Shown piece by piece: positions 59,998 to 64,000 of a stretch of 64,000 bases of DNA (position 1 is the first letter of the stretch; every line of letters starts with the position of its first letter). Position numbers and translations under genes: made by a program. This DNA comes from Adineta vaga (taxonomy: Eukaryota; Animalia; Rotifera), in the NCBI GenBank assembly GCA_021613535.1, contig CP075494.1, forward strand, positions 14,136,001-14,200,000, in the 5' to 3' direction. The notes below the pieces were generated by a model. That model saw only the letters and a list, made by a program, of their open reading frames with translations, ran no database searches and had not been told where the DNA came from.

Positions 59998-61218
59998 TTA
60001 AGTCGATGATAAATCATAATATTTGCCTGTATTTGGATCACAAAAAAGTTTTAATGTTGCATCATAACAAAGTTGAACTAATTCACTATCACTGGTTGAA
60101 TCAAGAAATTCATCGTTAATATTCGTATTGGAATTCGATTTTTTTATTGAATCTGTTGAATTTAATTTGAAAGTATATGTTAGACCAATATCAAGACTAT
60201 TGCCAATTGTTGTATTGTTTTCAGTTGCAATTGATGCAAGTAAAGAAGGTATTTTTGCATTTGCACTTGAACGCATTTCACTTTGATAATATTGGGCGAA
60301 ACGTTTTCGTGCTGCTAATTCTTCATCGGGTTTTAATGTACGTGGTGATAATCGAAATGTTGTGACATCAGATGGATTTGAAACGTCATAGTCATATTTA
60401 CTCGAATCTAAAGTTGTTTGTGGTTGTTGTTTAGATGATGATTCATTTGGATTCCAATCTTTTTCAAGTTGAATCTCAGCAAGAATAGCTGCTAAATCCA
60501 TTGAATCAGCCATTTCTGGCTCATTATTATCCAAGAGATCGTCTCGATTTGTTAATGCCTGTCTTGGTGATAGGACAGGAGGAGGAATTGGCAATGATGG
60601 TTGTGGTTGTGGAGATATACGATTATTGTCGGAATTTGATGGAATAGGATGTTCTTGTTTAGATGATGGTCGATGAAAAAGGAAGACAATACGTCGTTTT
60701 TGTACAGCTTTTGGAACTTTGGATGTTTTTTGTTCTTTAATAAGAGCATTTAAAGACGATTGCTGTTGTTGTTCGTCTGGTTTTAGATGCTGATTAATTG
60801 AATCAGTTGTTCGATTGGTATATGAACGAAATGTTAATGATTCATTTGCTGATAAAGCTTTTGGTTGATTTAATCTTGAACGTGGAGAATTTTCACCAGG
60901 CGCTGATGAAACACGTTGTCGAACGAGACTTTGATTTGATAATCGTCGATTTCGTTGAAGTTCACGTGGTGGATTACTAAATGTATAGATTTGTTTTGCA
61001 GATTTGACAGAAATACTTTCATTCGTATTAAAATGATGACGTGGTGTCGGTGGAGTTTGTGATGATAATAATTTGACTGGTAATGATTCACCAATCGCTG
61101 GTATTGGAAGATGAAGAAGTCTTGAATGTTCGTTTGTCATTGCATTTGATGTTGATCGAATATTTCGTCGAGAAAATGATGCTGACGATGGATTATTTTG
61201 ATATGTTGTTATAGACAT
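59998..61218 (-). CDS. Intronless disordered protein with a CFAP20DC/C3orf67-like C-terminal motif
   Basis: 406-aa S/R/P-rich ORF ending VQLCYDATLKLFCDPNTGKYYDL, resembling the recalled LLYDPxLNCYFDPxTGKYYEL tail. Confidence 0.7.
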   Translation of the reverse strand: MSITTYQNNPSSASFSRRNIRSTSNAMTNEHSRLLHLPIPAIGESLPVKLLSSQTPPTPRHHFNTNESISVKSAKQIYTFSNPPRELQRNRRLSNQSLVRQRVSSAPGENSPRSRLNQPKALSANESLTFRSYTNRTTDSINQHLKPDEQQQQSSLNALIKEQKTSKVPKAVQKRRIVFLFHRPSSKQEHPIPSNSDNNRISPQPQPSLPIPPPVLSPRQALTNRDDLLDNNEPEMADSMDLAAILAEIQLEKDWNPNESSSKQQPQTTLDSSKYDYDVSNPSDVTTFRLSPRTLKPDEELAARKRFAQYYQSEMRSSANAKIPSLLASIATENNTTIGNSLDIGLTYTFKLNSTDSIKKSNSNTNINDEFLDSTSDSELVQLCYDATLKLFCDPNTGKYYDLSST

Positions 61219-62898
61219 AATTTATACAAACTAATATATAATCCATTCATCAAAAACAATTCTAAATAAGAAAAATCATTTTCTTAATTATTTTCTTTTT
61301 TATTAGTATATTTTTTTCTTCTTGTCTCAAATGATGAATGTTGAGTATGAATTGACGATGGTGAAATATGAGGTATTACGAAGAGTTTTTTTTACTTCTT
61401 CTTCTTCTTCTTCTTGTTCTTTTATTTTTCTTTCTTTCTTTTTTTTAATTCGAAAAAATATCGACAACCAACAGAATTGAATGAAGTCTTCTTTTTCTAT
61501 TTTCTCTCAACCCTTGATTTAAAATGATTAGAATAAAATTTTCTTTTTTTAGTTCTTTCTTCCAATGAAATTAAATGTTATTTTATTGGCCACAAAAATA
61601 AGCCAGCCGTTCAAAAATAAAAAATATATAGTTCAATATAAAAGAATGTCATTTGCACATCTAGCGACATCTATTATGAATTACAGTTTGATTGACATCA
61701 TCATATACTTCAACACATAAGTTTTTTTATGCAAATAGACCAACTATTAAATATGAAAGATTTCTGTATAAATAATGTCAATTATACACGTAAATATCTA
61801 GGCTATATTATTTCGTTTTTAAAGAAGATTAAAGGTAACCCTATCCGGTGAACTTGTCATTCTTTATTCATCGAATCCTTAGAAAAAATTATAAAAACAA
61901 AAAAAAGTACGAAGAACATCCGTATTTGAAGTTTTTTGTTTACTGAATTCTCACCGCACTCTGTTTTTTTGTAGAAATTGTATGATTTCAGATAAGTATT
62001 GGGCGTCAGCAAGATAAAAGATTGTGTCTAGATTTAATTTACGTAATTTTCATGGAAATGTTGCAAGAATTTTCGATTCTTTCCTATATGTTTTATAATA
62101 ATCATGTCTTTTTGTCCATATACATAATTGTATTGATTTCTTTAATATTAACTAGTTTTAATTATCTTGAAAATATCTGAAACTAAGTTCACATAATCCA
62201 GTTTTAAGCAAATATAGTAAATAGCATCAGATTGAAAGAACATGTAGTTTGTCGAATACATTTCATTTCAAACAGATGAACTCGAATGACTAGTGAAAAC
62301 AGTAACAAGAACTTAGTTTATCCATTCAGAATAAAGAAATGCATCGATTGAAAGATCACTTAAAGAATAGTTCACTATCTTAAGGCTATATAGTAAAGTG
62401 CTCTTTATAATAAGCTCTCTTATTTTCTATAGAACAGTTGCAATTCTGATTAACAATGTATCATTCTAGTTCTATCGATCATTTCTAATGTCAATTTTCT
62501 CATTACTTACTTCTTATATAACAAGAGCGTGGATGAGAAAATATATACATATGATAGAATGATGGAAATAAAACAGTATCTTCATTTGTAATAGATGTCG
62601 TTGTTTATTTAAAAATCAGAATTATGAAAATCTTTTCGTTAAAAAATTTAAAAAACCAAAAAATTCTAATTCGTTGAAGAATTTCTTTTTTACTTCTGAT
62701 TAGTTTGTCCAATAATTTACTTATTGAACAAAATCAATTGATTTTCTTCTCTTGTCTGTTACATTCGATGAGTCATAGAAATCAAACAGTTGAATGAAAC
62801 CTTTTACCATCTATTTCTAAACATTTTTTTTTCTCTCAACAAATCATTATATATATATTTTAGAAAATGAGCCATTTTCAACGAATATTAATTCTAAA

Positions 62899-64000
62899 AT
62901 GAGTGGTATCAAACGAACTTATCTTGCTGAAGAATGTTCAGCAACAACGAATGACAATAATTCATCATTAATCGATAATAATATTCAACCATCAAGTCCA
63001 ATTGATTCACCACAAACAAAAAAACTTCGACGATCATCTTCACATCATACGACTGAATCAGAAAATGATGATGAAACTCAAGAAGATCAATATGAACAAG
63101 AAAATGGCATAATAAATGGTAAGAAAACGGATAATTTCCAATGATTTTCTCTATATATTTAATTCAGGTCATTCACCAGTTCGATCGGAAAGATCGGAAG
63201 AAGAAGACGATGATGACGATGAAGAAGATGATGATGAAGATGAAGAAGCAACTGAAGCTGAACCAGAAGGTTTCTCAGATGATTCAATCATTCATGTCAG
63301 TTTTGATAATGGCAAAGATGATAGTAAAACAATTCTTCGAAAAGTATTTCAATAAACTCATTGTTTTTCTTTTCTTCTAATTTCAAGTTTTTCGTTATGA
63401 TGGTTCAATTCGTTTTCATATTGTTGCACCAACTCGTCCACAATATGGTCAATTAACAAGTGATCCATCTATTATACGTACTTTTGTTTGGACTTTATTA
63501 GCATTTTCAAAACCAAATTATGATAATTGTCATAATGATGGTGGAACGTTTAGTTTATTTCTTAAATGTGAACCAGAAAAACTTTCACCAGGTTGGTCAA
63601 TCTTTGCTAAAGCTGAATTAACTCTTGTCCATGCCACTGATCCAAATAAAAATTTCGTGAAAAGTAAGTGAATAGTTCGAATATTATTGATTATGATTGT
63701 TTTGTTTTGTTTTTTGTAGAAATTAATCATCTATTCAATGCACGCTCAATTGATTGGGGTTTTCATCAATTCAAATCATTAAAAGTATACTTGATAGAAG
63801 TATTTTAGACGAAAAAATTATGTGTGTTTTTCTTGTAGGAAATTTATAGCGAATATATTCATTGGCCTGATAATACAATTCAAATTGAAGCAAAAATTCA
63901 CGCAGATGCTCCACGAAATGTTGAGTAAGTTGACATTTTCTGTTTCTCTTTTTATGAAAATCTCGATTTTAGATGGGATTCCAAAGGACAAACTGGTTTT
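62899..64000 (+). CDS. USP7: Ubiquitin-specific protease 7-like (5' partial; MATH domain)
   Basis: Acidic N-terminus, MATH segments SLFLKCE, WSIFAKAEL and DWGF, then ADAPRNVE-WDSKGQTGF, matching the USP7 linker ADAPHGVxWDSKKHTGY. Confidence 0.85.

Overview
Gene-dense, AT-rich animal genomic DNA with very short (about 50-70 nt) GT-AG introns. This style, plus an FG-GAP-repeat gene and a divergent nuclear receptor, suggests a bdelloid rotifer (inference). About 26 protein-coding genes are supported, in order: UBE3A-like HECT ligase (3' part), RIIAD1 (missed by the ORF track), a BTB protein, a giant 35-repeat FG-GAP membrane protein, XRCC1, PUF60, PDSS2, a claudin-like gene, a TBATA/SPATIAL-like gene, a Cys-loop channel subunit, a GPCR, a second claudin-like gene, a nuclear receptor, folliculin, an SDR, a second GPCR, eIF2B-epsilon, mRpL2, a torsin-like protein, a small orphan ORF, two tandem EF1-alpha genes, PIG-P, MAGI, a CFAP20DC-tail protein and USP7 (5' part). 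No rRNA, tRNA, CRISPR array or intact transposon was recognised. The most notable signals are post-transcriptional: (1) operon-like co-oriented gene runs with about 115-145 nt gaps, each holding a poly(A) signal and an unpaired splice acceptor (candidate SL-trans-spliced polycistrons); (2) PUF60 cassette exons that create a stop codon only across the splice junction; (3) a tandem EF1-alpha pair homogenised exactly from ATG to stop, with a strand-specific kink-turn-like hairpin between the copies; (4) a nested 5x7 beta-propeller FG-GAP protein; (5) a claudin tail with seven F-x-R-[RKH] motifs. All gene models were read by eye, without database searches.
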